A stretch of 64,000 nt of DNA from Amoebophrya sp. A120 (Eukaryota > Protista > Dinoflagellata): assembly GCA_905178155.1 (NCBI GenBank), contig CAJINV010000022.1, positions 462,312 through 526,311 of the forward strand. The letters run 5' to 3'. Positions 13,506-25,090 of this stretch are shown here, piece after piece. Under the pieces are notes generated by a model, which was not told where the DNA came from, made no database searches, and saw only the letters and a list, made by a program, of their open reading frames with translations. A program made the position numbers and the translations under genes. Each line of letters begins with the position of its first letter. Positions within the stretch are counted from its first letter, which is position 1.

Positions 13506-13687
13506 TTTGTGCACCGTTTTGCGCGTGCCGCTACAGAGCCGCTGGCTTCGGTGCCTTTTTGTACCGTTTCGCAAACTGATGGGGCAACTTGCGCGCATTT
13601 TGATCCATTTTCACCAATATGCAGCAAATTTGCGCGTTTTCGTGCTTTTTGCATAGCTTTCGCGGTCATTTTGCTGCTTTTGTTATC

Positions 13688-13925
13688 GAATTAAGCCAAA
13701 ACAGTGCCACTTTCGCCGTTTGCGATGCTACTGGCTGTATTTGTTGCGTTTTTGATTCGTTTGGAATTGAACAAAGCCAAAACGGTGCCGCTTTTGCCCG
13801 TTTGCAATGCTACTGGTTGTATTTGTTGCGTTTTTGACTGTTTTGGAATTGAACTAAGCCAAAACAGTGCCGCTTTTGTTTCTTTGCAATGCTAGGGGCT
13901 ACATTTGTTGCGTTTTTGAATGATT
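13688..13925. repeat. ~80-bp tandem repeat, about 3 copies
   Basis: AAGCCAAAAC(A/G)GTGCC...TTTGC(G/A)ATGCTA...ATTTGTTGCGTTTTTGA occurs three times. Confidence 0.85.
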
Positions 13926-14253
13926 TGCAGCGTTTTCGATGTCATTTTGCACGATTTCGCATGCTATTGACTTAATTTGCGCGCATTTTGTCCCGTTTGC
14001 TTTACAAAAACGCAGGCCCGAACCGCAACAATTTGCGAAATTTCGGCGAATATTCGCGGATTTTTTTTCGTCGCAATTTCCTCGATTTGGAACGTTTTTC
14101 GTGGCTTTTGCCATCGTTTTGACGTTTTTGCATCGATTTTTGCACCATTTTGCAAGTTTTGCATCGAGAAAAATTCAGCGATTTTCGGTTCGTGTCTTGC
14201 ATGTTTCGTAACATAATTTATAACTGTAAACACTTTTTTCTTGCGATATCTAC

Positions 14254-16487
14254 GGAAGTTCCTGAGCAGGCACTTGAATAACGTCGTAGACCGCCGTATG
14301 CATTGCAAATATGTCGAGATCTGGAAGCGGCGGAGGTTCAGTTTGTCATGCTAGATCTGGGCCGTGCTCGTGACGCATCAATCTGTATTGCGTGAGCAGC
14401 AAAAGCCAGCCTTTTTTGGGCACTCGAAGATGGCAGTTCTCCTGGGGGATGGGCCTTGCGGGACCTCCTCGAAACTTGTAATGCTACAGCTCGTATTCTA
14501 ATCCAGACCTTAATTCTAGATCTAGGCCATGTGAAACGTGCATGACAACCTTCCAGAAGTTCAGGGCGCCCAATTTTTATGTTGCGCAAGATAATGATAA
14601 GCTTAGTTTGACAACCTACTGAATTTTTCATTCTAGTAGTGGACGTATAAACAATAGCATATGTTTATATAATATTCTCTCTCAACTTAAAATCTACAGT
14701 GGTTGTCCTTTTTTGCATTTACAAACTTAAGTCGTTCGCTTCCCGGTGCTGTGCCATGGTCTTGCTTCCAGACAAAACACCAGACAACATATTTGCTTTT
14801 GATACGCCTCAAACAGGGCCGAGCTGCCTGCGAGCGGGCCGAAGAAAGGAGGAAGGAGCAGGAAAGTAAGTTATCGTTGCTGGAAAAGTCTGTTCGCAGA
14901 AAAGAGGCTGAGATAAAAGTTGTAAACGGCAGTGCGAAGCTCGAACTGGAGCCCTATTCCCCGCTGGCGTGGGAGATGGAAGCGGCCCGTCAGAGCTACA
15001 ATGATCAAGTGCCGCGTACGCCGCCGGCCGAACTAATGGGTTCTTTTCGAAAACAAGCGATAAAAGCTGGGCGTCGACGTCCGTCGCCTCTTGTGGTCCC
15101 GGAACTACAACAAGGTGGTAGTTCTCCAAATGTTGACGACCCCATATGGTTCTCGCCTCTTGTGGTCCCGGAACTACAACAAGGTGGTTCTCCAAATGTT
15201 GACAAGGACGCGTCTACTTCGGGAAGCCACCAGCACGCAGTTCTCCGACATCAAGGGGGTGGCGTCAATGACAATGCAGCAGCCGAGAGAAAGAGAAAGC
15301 GCGAAGCCGTGCGAGCCGGGAACAACGAAGGTGCAGCTAGCACCTCGGATTCGGCTTGCGCGCCAGAATCGGTCGAGCGCCGTAGCCGTTCGCGGTCAGC
15401 AGGACGACCACGGCGGTCGGCAGGAGGACGACGAGCCGCTGGGGGCGATACCGATACGAGACGTCCGCAGGGCAGCGAGGAGCGGATGACTGGCACGGAT
15501 GGACATGGAACTCCTCGTGGTCCCGTCGCTGATGTTTCCACGCGGATTCCGACCACGGGCAGAAGCCGCAGTCGCTCCAGCCGCTCGTCGCGCCCCCGTA
15601 GTTTGGTCAGGGGTCGTAGTTGTGCTACCACTAGTACCTCACGCGGTGGCCCCTCCACCCGGGACCATCAAGACCGCCGCCCTGCCAGAGAAGCTGCAGC
15701 CACGGACGAGCGGCCCGGAGTTCTTGTTGTAGATCCACGACCAGGAGTGCGAGAAACCAGTGGCCAGGCACATGCTTTATTCCAGCCCGCGTCGGCGGAC
15801 GCAACCATCGCAGAGAAGCTGTCAAGGGGGTTGTGGCGTGTTTGGTTTCATCTGATGGAGGAACAGCATCAAACCGAGTCCGAATTATCATCCGATGTTT
15901 CAGCAGCAAATACTAGTGGCACCACTGCAGTTCATCTTGAGCAGAGAGGACCAGCACGAGAACCAGCTGTAGCAGCCGTCACTGGGCTACATCCAACAGA
16001 ACTACAAACACCGGCCTCGCCTCGCACCGGTCGTGGTGCACCAGCGGTGCTAGACGAAAGCAATCCCGCTGAGAGGACAAGGACGAGGACCACCGCGAGG
16101 TATTCCCATTTCCTTCTGTGGCGGGGGCTGGATTTGATTTCCAGGCTGCGGTTTGTTCGACACAAAGACGCCGAGGAGTTTAGAAGTTCGGACAGCTGCG
16201 CAGCCGGCGAGGATCTTAGCGGCACGCCTGTTGCACGACCAGAGGATCGTGGAGAAGGTACTTCTCACCACGCATCAACCGACGTGGTCCTCGAGGAGGA
16301 CGCAGCACCGGAAAGTAGAACCGAGGATGGCAACAAGAGCCAAACATTGTCGTGGGCTCAGCGCTCGAAGCCTTTGGTCGACCTGATGCGCCCGTATGTG
16401 AACTCAGTGTTGCAGCTCGGCTCCATCGCGACCGGAGCAGGCCTGAGAAATCAGCCTTTGGAGCTTATTGAGGTGGGCTTTGGGTAG
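14254..16487 (+). CDS. 3' part of a low-complexity Ser/Arg/Ala-rich protein gene (5' end missing or unrecognised)
   Basis: Exon RKFLSRHLNNVVDR joins LKQGRAACE... in frame after removing introner 14298-14804 (DR CGCCG/CGCCT). It is preceded by an orphan right TIR (TTTTCTTGCGATA, ~14248). An internal peptide duplication SPLVVPELQQGG lies at ~15083-15203. Confidence 0.6.
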
Positions 16488-17424
16488 TGTGGCGGTGACC
16501 ACGACTTCGTCCAGCACAGGAGAGGTGGAGGTGGACGTATCCATTATATGGCTTCTCCTGTACAGAAGTTGAAGGTATGAAGAGAGGTCATCTTTTGCTG
16601 GTGCTCTTGGGAAATAATGAAGACGGGAAAGATAAAATAATTGTATATTCGGAACGCATTGATGGCACGAACAAAGCGGTTTTTAGATAGTAGAATCGTA
16701 TTCTTTCAAAAAAAGGACGATGGCTGCCTGAGATTGCCGACTACGGAGTGTGGTTGCTCTCTCAGATGTTGAAAGATGTTGACATCTTTTTATTTTGTTG
16801 CCGGATGTTGAGCCACTGTAGCTCGGAACTACTGGCATTAGTACACGTTTTTTGTTTTGATTCTATAGCACTTCTAAAGCTCGAGAATCGTTTCCAAAGT
16901 TGTGACAATTCTTGTATCAGAAAAGGATGGACGTCAAGAGATGAGTAAAGGTCACAGTATTAGCTACAACTTTCAGATCGTTTGGTAAAAATCATAAAGT
17001 GCATTGATTGTAACAGTTGTAAGAATCAGGAAATGCACATGTTACTAGCTCGCTCATCGAAAGTAATTGTATTCAGTGAAAGAACGAAGAAGTACAACAT
17101 GCTGAGCGGGATCAAAAATCCCAGTCTCTAGTTTGGTGCTCTCGTCCCTGAGCACGACGCATTCTTAGCCATTAAAATGCTCGACCCAGTACCAGTGACG
17201 ATTTTCATGCAGGTGGAAACTGTTGCCACATAGAAGAAGTAGTACTTTATTTTATTAAGCACACATCACTGTCGGCGGACGGCCGTGTTGTCCATGCTCG
17301 AAGATCTGATGTTTCTGCTACATGAGCAGCGGTTGCTATAAAAAATGCAAAAATGTATGATATGATGAGCAAAAAAGAACGTCATGTGCAAGTGGAGAAG
17401 GCAGACGGACCCTTTCTTGAAACT

Positions 17425-17573
17425 TATGATCTGCAAAAGTATCGTACTCGTATAAATGCATTACAAATTTCCTCAGCATGAGAAAGAAAATTTGTAATGC
17501 AGATTTGCCTTGGGAACGAGATTTGTAATGCAAGACCTGCATTTATACGAGTACGATGCTTTTGCACAGGATA
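17425..17573. mobile_element. Introner family B (~150 bp; TATGCANTGCAAAAGTATCGTACT...AGTACGATACTTTTGCACAGGATA), representative copy
   Basis: TIRs and perfect DR AAACT. Other copies: 27740-27888, 33947-34096, 44551-44818 (with insert), 52933-53082, 53527-53710, 61830-61981, 62334-62517, 63265-63426; decayed copies at 3394-3551, 4738-4905, 6176-6328. Confidence 0.92.
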
Positions 17574-18629
17574 AAACTGCGTACGAGACGATCCAGATCG
17601 TCGAGTGAGGTTGCAGCTTCCTTCTCCGGTTGGGTAATTCGCGAGTTCGAGATGTGGCTGCGTTGAGTTTGCAATGCAGGATTATCCTGGCTCTTGTTCC
17701 CCCGACGGCATGACAGATGGGAAGCACTTTTCGTATCGCGCCGCATTCTGTAGAACTCGGTCGTGAAGAGGGTGCTCGGTACTCGTGCCGAAATTTCTCG
17801 TGAATGTGCGCCAGTTTGACGGTACACGGTCCTATCGGTCTGACCGCAGAAAGTAGTAACTTAGTATCTTGCTCTTCGTACGTACTACGCTCTCTCTTTA
17901 TATAAATGTTTATATTTGTTTACTCACGCGACTCTCGTTTACTTGTTGCTCATGACGCGTTGCTATTCATTTTGACACTGGTTTGTGCTGTGGCGAACGT
18001 GGGCAGTTTTTCCAGGCAAGGAATCTGTCATGCTGGAAATCAAAAGTCCCTTCACTTTGCGATATAACTCTGATGAACGACGAACCAAGAAGAAGTTTGT
18101 GTTGCAAGATGCGAAGCGAAGCGAAAATCTGTAATGCAAAAAATCGAAGGCGGCGATAGTTGTAGTTCTTACATTTACTTCTTCTTCTTTCACGTTTATC
18201 ATGCATTTCCTTCTATTCACAACACCAAAAACGACATTGATGCGACCCACTTTAGCAATCGAGTCGCATGTATACAGGCTGGAGGCCTCCGGGTCTCTGG
18301 TTCAGGCTAGCGCTCAAGGCTCGTAGAAGTGATCACCTCGTGCTCAAATTCTGAAGAAAAAGGAAAAGGAAAACCAAAATGAAAACACGCCGACTGCGCA
18401 TGGCACATTGCGAATTTCGAGTTCAGCAACTTCGTGCTGCGTCCTTTCCGGTTCAGAAGTCGAGTGGGTTTTCCGGTTCAGAAGGCAGACGGACCCTTTC
18501 TTGAAGCTGCGTATGAGACGATCCAGATCGTCGAGTGAGGTTGCAGCTGCACTTGTGTGTAAATGAAAACTAGTTTTGAACGCTATTTCTCATAGATCAA
18601 AAGTCAGAAAATGCAGAAAATGAACAGGA

Positions 18630-21600
18630 TGATAAGAAACCGGAAAAGAAACCGATCGAGCAAGAAAACAGAACGAAAACCATGGAAAAGCAAGCAAATT
18701 CTTGCTACGATCGAAAGGAAAAGGAAAGGAAAAAGAGAAGAAGAGAAAAGGAAAGGAATTAGGTCTGATTTACGCTGAACGCGCATGACAAACTTGATTT
18801 CTTATTACTTTCAAGGAGGTGAGCCATGGCTACGGTCACTACGGGCACGTTAGGAATGTAGAATTAGCATAAGATACTGGAAGAACTAGACTTGGGACTA
18901 TAGATTTGTAATGCGTATGTGTGATATTTGAAGTGGTTTTAGATGGTGTTCGATTTGCAGTCGGTATGCGTGCGTTTGAAAAAAAAAAAACAACCTCTCC
19001 ATTTCGAAACAAGATCCCACAATTGGTGGAGAACCTGGGCATAGTCCGACTCAGATGCAATGCCTATCTTTACCGTTTCAGTTAGATTCCCAATCATGAC
19101 CTCGACGAAACGAAAGAAGAAGAAGTGAGAAGGGCGCGCAGCGGAATAAACTGGCGCCAAGGAAACAGCGCGGACGAAGGAAAAGGCGCTGCAAAGAGAC
19201 GGCACGCCAGACAAGCGGTTTTAGCTTTTCGCAGCTGCAGATGTTGCACACGGCCACGCAATTTGCGACGATGCGCCTAGCCGCATGTGAAGAACCTGTT
19301 CGAGTTTTGAAACCGGGAACAATACAGACTTTTGGACGCGGACGACATTAAGCTTGTGATGGAACAGAAGCGGCCACGACTTTGGACCAAGCGACGCTGC
19401 AGAGAAATAGAACGTGAATCGACCAGACCAGTCCCAGAACCGACGAAGATCCGCAATAGACACCTGACAGATCACTGAGAAAAAGACATGTTTATGTATT
19501 GACGAGACTCCGACCGCGGTAAAGATTTGTTTATGTAGTACGCGATCGGGGTACGTTCCAGATTTTTTGTTGAGCGGACGACTTACGGTTAAGTGATGGC
19601 AGTGAAGATTTTCGATTTGTTTACGGACCAGCAGAACCTGACTCGCAAGTTTGTGGGCGCGAATAGTTCCAGCATCAGTTTCGCGCGATTGGCAGCCAGA
19701 AGTTTATTTTAGGATAGTAGAGGAGACGACAAAGATTTGGCGCTGCGGGTTTTTGAAGAAGCAGTTGCGCACGACCACGGTTACCGCCATGGCAGCATTT
19801 TTCCGACTTCAGAATAGCGGAGAGTGAAGAACGCAGTAGCAGTTTTTCAAGATTTGTTTCGAACAATGCGAAGAGATCACGGCGGCCTCCTTCTTTCGCA
19901 ATAGCGCGCCAGCTCGGAGGAGCCGCAAATAGCAGTGGACCGCGCTCCTTTTGCTTCTTCCATACAGAATGCGGCAATAGCGTCAGTGAACTCGAAAAGA
20001 ATATACGTCAGACCACGGAGTAGCAGGGCGGCTCTTAGCGCAGGAAGAAAGAATAGTATCGGCAAGGCAGCTGCAGTAGTAGTTCCGGTTTCGAAAGACA
20101 GGGGAAGAAGAAGAGGCTTCGGCCTAGCCCGCGCATGACAGATTCGGTCTGAAGAGGCAGACAACGAACTCACGCAAAGAAAAGAATGTTAGCAGACGCG
20201 GGGCTCGTTTCCAGAAAATTTAGCTTTGGCGTTCGCAGTTCAAGCCTGCGATAGATCGGTGCCCAGCAGGTGTAGACGCAAGCCTTCCAGTAGCAAGATG
20301 ATGATGAAGATAAAGAGATAGATTGTTCAAGACCCCGACCCCCACATCCCTTTGCGTTCGCAGCACCGATAGACGACGTTGATAGGTTTTTGTTCGAAGA
20401 CGCAGTGATGAAGATGCGAAAGTGAAGAAGTTCCAGTCAGGGGGCGTGTAGTCGTATAGCGACTTTGCTGGTGACTGCAACTTCTTCCTGTGATGGCGTT
20501 CCCTCCTTGAAGATTCAAGATCCCGATGCAGTTCCGACCCCAGATTGATGCGACATGCAGTAGTAGCTAGCTGACTTATTGGGATTCAAGATGTGTGCCT
20601 TGGGATTTTTATTTGTGTTCGCAGTGACAGCTTGGGGCCACCGGGTTTATCGCTGACTAGCTTTTGCTGACGTTTGATTTCCGCCTGTGTTTGGGATCCC
20701 AGGCTACTAGGTGATGACTTCGCTTCGGGCTTCGGGATTTTAGGCACTAGCACTAGTAGATCGCGGCGAAAAGCAATCAAGATAGCGTAGAACACTCGGG
20801 CAGAGGTGCGAAAACACCGGGAGAAAAAAAACGAAAAACCCAGGGCAGCGCTAAAGGACGGGCACAGACACGGAAACCAGCAACAGGAAAAGTAGAACAA
20901 AGATAACCAGACAACGACGCGAACACGAGACACCACAAAAGAAGAACGCAGAACAATATGGGGGCGTAGAACCATTTCGCTTTCGACAGCAAGCAGCGCG
21001 CAGCGTTGACTCCGATTTTTACATGCAGGAACGAAAAGGGAAAATGAAACACAGTAGGAGTAGCACGAACAGCAGCAGCAGTGGTGACAACGAGACCTAC
21101 GGTTTTCCGGATGTAGGATTTTTAAGACTGCGTACGAGACGATCCAGATCGTCGAGTGAGGTTGCAGCTGCACTTGCAGCAGACCAAAACGATCAGTGAG
21201 AAGGGGAAACGTGTGTAAATGAAAACTAGTTTGTCGCACGAACTGCTCATCCCAAAATGCGATGCTGACGTTGACAAAAGTAAATCTTGAAGTGATCTCA
21301 TTCTATTTTTCCGATCCTGTTTTTTGAAAATGTATGATGTTCTTTTTTGGGAATAAAGATCTAACTTTTATCGTTTTTCTAAATCTGTAATGCAAATGGC
21401 CTATCTGCACGCAAATGCGCGACCAAGGAAGTTCGTTTTTTTTCACCGGTTTTAAATCCTGTATAATGCAAATGTTTTTTCAAGATCTTTATGTATGATT
21501 TTCTTAGAGTGAGGGCTCAGCCGTGGGTGAGCACCGTAGTATTTACCAATCGCGTTGTTCATCGCGCATTACAAATTCGCACTGCTTATCTATCGCATTT

Positions 21601-22245
21601 TCTCCAATCAAATCGTCACGGTATCGAATCGCACTAGAATTATTTTCGAAATCGTGACTATCGTACTGGGAATTGGGTAGAATCGTTTAGAACTTAGACC
21701 ACCGAATAGACCGCTGCTGAAGACCACTGGACTCGTTTTTATCTCGAGCTGACTACTGGAAAGAAAAGTATAGGCATTCTTAAACCGCACCTAATTGCGG
21801 TTATTTGGGATTAGTAGTCGTGTTCAACCTCTCCATTTCGTGTATAGATGCCCAGGTTCTCCACCAATTGAAGGATCTAGTTTCAAAATGGAGAGGTTAT
21901 TTTTTCAGAAGCAACAATACCGAATCAAAAGCGAGCAACATCATAACTACATCGCAAAACGCCACCAATTCGCATTACAGATTCATTATTCCAGGTTTGG
22001 TTCTTCCAGTTTCTAATGCTAAATCCGTATTCCTAAGTGGTCCATAGCCGTGGCTCCGCTCCCTTGAAGTAGTAAGAAAATCCAGTTTGTAATGCGGATT
22101 CCAGAGAGATCAGACATAATGATAATTCCGTTCCTTTTCTCTTCTTCTCTTTCTTCTTTCCTTCGTCTTTCGATCGTAGCAAGAATTTGCTTGCTTTTCG
22201 TGGTATTTTGGTCCTTTTCCTTGCTCGATCGGTTTCTTGGCTTTT
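18630..22245. repeat. Diverged inverted duplication of ~400 bp (~18630-19042 vs ~21848-22245)
   Basis: For example AAGCAAGCAAATTCTTGCTACGATCGAAAG (~18688) vs CTTTCGATCGTAGCAAGAATTTGCTTGCTT (~22167), and AATTGGTGGAGAACCTGGGCAT (~19021) vs its reverse complement (~21848). Confidence 0.85.
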
Positions 22246-22507
22246 CCTTATCAGCAGACCAAAACGATCAGTGAGAAGGGGAAACGCAACTGTTGATTGC
22301 AATATATATTGATGTCGGCGTTGGCGCTTTATACTGCATAAAACTGGAAGATGAAGTAGAGGAACGAGTAGAAGGAAATATTGGCGGCCACGCTGCTCCA
22401 GGACCTGGTCAAGCTCAGGGAATAAGTAGTATTGCCGTACGCCCGTTTTCTTGTGTGTGTTCCAGCTACAGCCTGGTAGCCTAGACAACAGCGTTGGACC
22501 CTTCCAA

Positions 22508-22651
22508 GAGGATCTGTTGTTCTGAGGATCTGTTGCTCTGAGGATCTGTTGTTCTGAGGATCTGTTGTTCTGAGGATCTGTTGTTCTGAGGATCTGTTGT
22601 TCTGAGGATCTGTTGTTCTGAGGATCTGTTGCTCTGAGGATCTGTTGTTCT
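22508..22651. repeat. 16-bp minisatellite (GAGGATCTGTTGTTCT)x~9
   Basis: Near-perfect head-to-tail units with no spacers. Confidence 0.95.
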
Positions 22652-23106
22652 GTTTAGAGTGAGATTCATGACCTCCGAGCGACGCGGCCCCTGAGCTACT
22701 GTTGTTCTCTTCTACCTGACCGTCGTGTAGTATTTCTTTTTCCTGCGTTGTTGCGCTTTATTGCTTGTTGGTTTCACGATACCAAGTGCGTTATCCGCAA
22801 CAGAGAGAAGAGGTATCCACTGGAAATATGTATGGATCTGGAAGATTGAAACTTTTGATCATGCGCATTTTCGACGGCAAGAAGAACTCTGACGTCCTCA
22901 GTCTGTTCGCCACTTTATCGCACTACAAAGGACAATATCTGCTACGAACTGGTCCATACACCTGATCAGTGCACCCTTGCCAGATCACCACTCTTGCCGA
23001 TGTTGATCCAAGTAGCTGCCTGGTCATCACAAGAAGCGGCTATGCTGCAAAATGTGGACGACGAAAATCATATCCCAGTGGTTCCTTCTAGTTCTGTTTT
23101 GCGGTA

Positions 23107-23530
23107 GTAGCAGAGAAGTCGTTCTTTCTGCGAAAACAAATCTCGAATCTCTTGCAAATAATGCAAAAACAGCGACAAGTTCTTCTGTTTTTAAGTTTGT
23201 GCTTACGAAGTCGTTTCTGCGGCAAAAATTTCGATCTGCTTGCAAATAATGCAAGACACGATCTTCTGTTTGACTCTGAAGTACGTGCTTACGGAATCGT
23301 TTCTGCAACACAAATTTCGATCTGCTTGCAAATAATGCAAGACAAGATCTCGTCCGCTTTGCGGAGTCGTTTCTGCAACACAAGTTTCGATCTGTTTGCA
23401 AATCATGCAAGACAAATCCGTCTGTCTAAAGTTCGTTCTTACGGAGAAGCCGTTTCTGCAACACAAATTTCGATCTGCTTGCAAATAATCCAAGACAAGA
23501 CCTTTTTGCGGAGTCGTTTCTGCAACACCG
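23107..23530. repeat. ~60-80-bp degenerate tandem repeat, about 6 copies
   Basis: GTCGTTTCTGCAACACAAATTTCGATCTGCTTGCAAATAATGCAAGACAA recurs. Confidence 0.9.
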
Positions 23531-25090
23531 ATCCCGATCAGGTATGTGAAATTTTTCGTGCAGCAACAGAGACGAACTCTGTACGAAACAAGAAATAAAC
23601 TCGGGTGAGATCCAGGTTCTTGTCCGCTGCTGCTGTCACTGCTCTGATGTGTGTTTGCTGTCGTAATGTTTTGTCGCAACTTCTGACGAACAATAAAAAC
23701 AAAACAGGGAGGACCGACAACACGAAAACATACTTTCGCGAGGACTTTGACTTTCGCTGTCGCAGACACGACATCAGACTATTCCAATTATTTTTTCGCA
23801 AACAAACATACTAACACTAAGTACGAAATTCTTGTTGACCTTGCACGAGGACAATTTCTAGATTGTGCGCTACTACTTCTCAACCCGCGGACGAACGTTA
23901 GCAAAATTTTTTCCGGCAAAGCTGCGTTGGTTTCGCATAAACAAAGAACATACTAAGTGCTAAATTCTTTACCTTGCACGAGGGCAACTTCTAGATTCTG
24001 ATTCATTGTGCACCACTACTACTACTAAACCGCGGACGAACGTTAGCAAAATTTTTTCCGACAGAGCTGCGTTGGTTTTGTCGAGACTGCATAAAGGATT
24101 TGCTGAGAACAAACAAAAATTTATAAAACAGAACAGCACTTGCACTTGGACTTGACGACGAGTAGTACTCTTTGACGAAGCTTGTTGCTCAAGACGTAAA
24201 CAGACTCGCTGAAAGTTGAAAAATACGAAATTTTCAAATCCTAGCTACATTTGCGAAGTCCTAATTTTTTGCACCCCACGCGGCCTTGGTATAGAACTGA
24301 ATAATTTGTACACGACCATCTTTTTCATTTTCTTCCGCCGACAGAGCCCTGTGGTTCTTTTGTCGAGACTTTACTGAGTTTATTATTTCGCTTTAACTAC
24401 CACTAAACCGCATCTAGCTGTAATAATTTACTTATTTTCACTTTACTGGTGAAAGAAGAAATTTTTGAGCACTTACTGCTTTTCTTGTGGTCCTCTCTGC
24501 AGCTGTGCAATTTTTCGAGGTCCTCCGTCGTCAAGGGCCACGTTCTACTTAGATTGGCTGTACAATTTTTCAAGGACCACGTCGTACTAACTTACGCTCT
24601 GCATCGTTGAACGCGAAGTAGCCATCGTAGGTTTTAGCAGAACAACTACACACCACTTTGATAAATAATCTTCCGCCGACAGTAGACCCCTGTGGTTCTT
24701 TTGTCGAGACTTTACAACCTGAAAAATTTCCGCTTTACTAGACCGCATTTAGCTTTACTATTTTCGGCACATTTCAGATCAGTATCTTCATATTGATACA
24801 GTAACTTTAGAGGAGCTTTGCTGTTGAAGAAAGAACAAATTTTTTATAATCGCCTAAGCCTTTATCCTGTCTCTGCTCCTCTACAAATCAAGATTGTCGT
24901 CAAGGACCACGTTGTACTTAAGTTCCGCATCGTTGAAGGCAAAGAACTACCCGTCCTAGGTTTTAGCACAAGTACGCATTATATTAACGCACCACTTCAG
25001 TCTTCCAGGACAATTTTGACGTCATCGCCTTCTTCCAGGACAATTTTGGCTAAGTCGCCTTCTTTCGCCGGCAGGATGAGGTGCTTATTT

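Noticed and set aside
22508-23530. CRISPR-like arrays
   Set aside because: Head-to-tail or degenerate tandem units without unique constant-length spacers, no cas genes, and a eukaryotic context.
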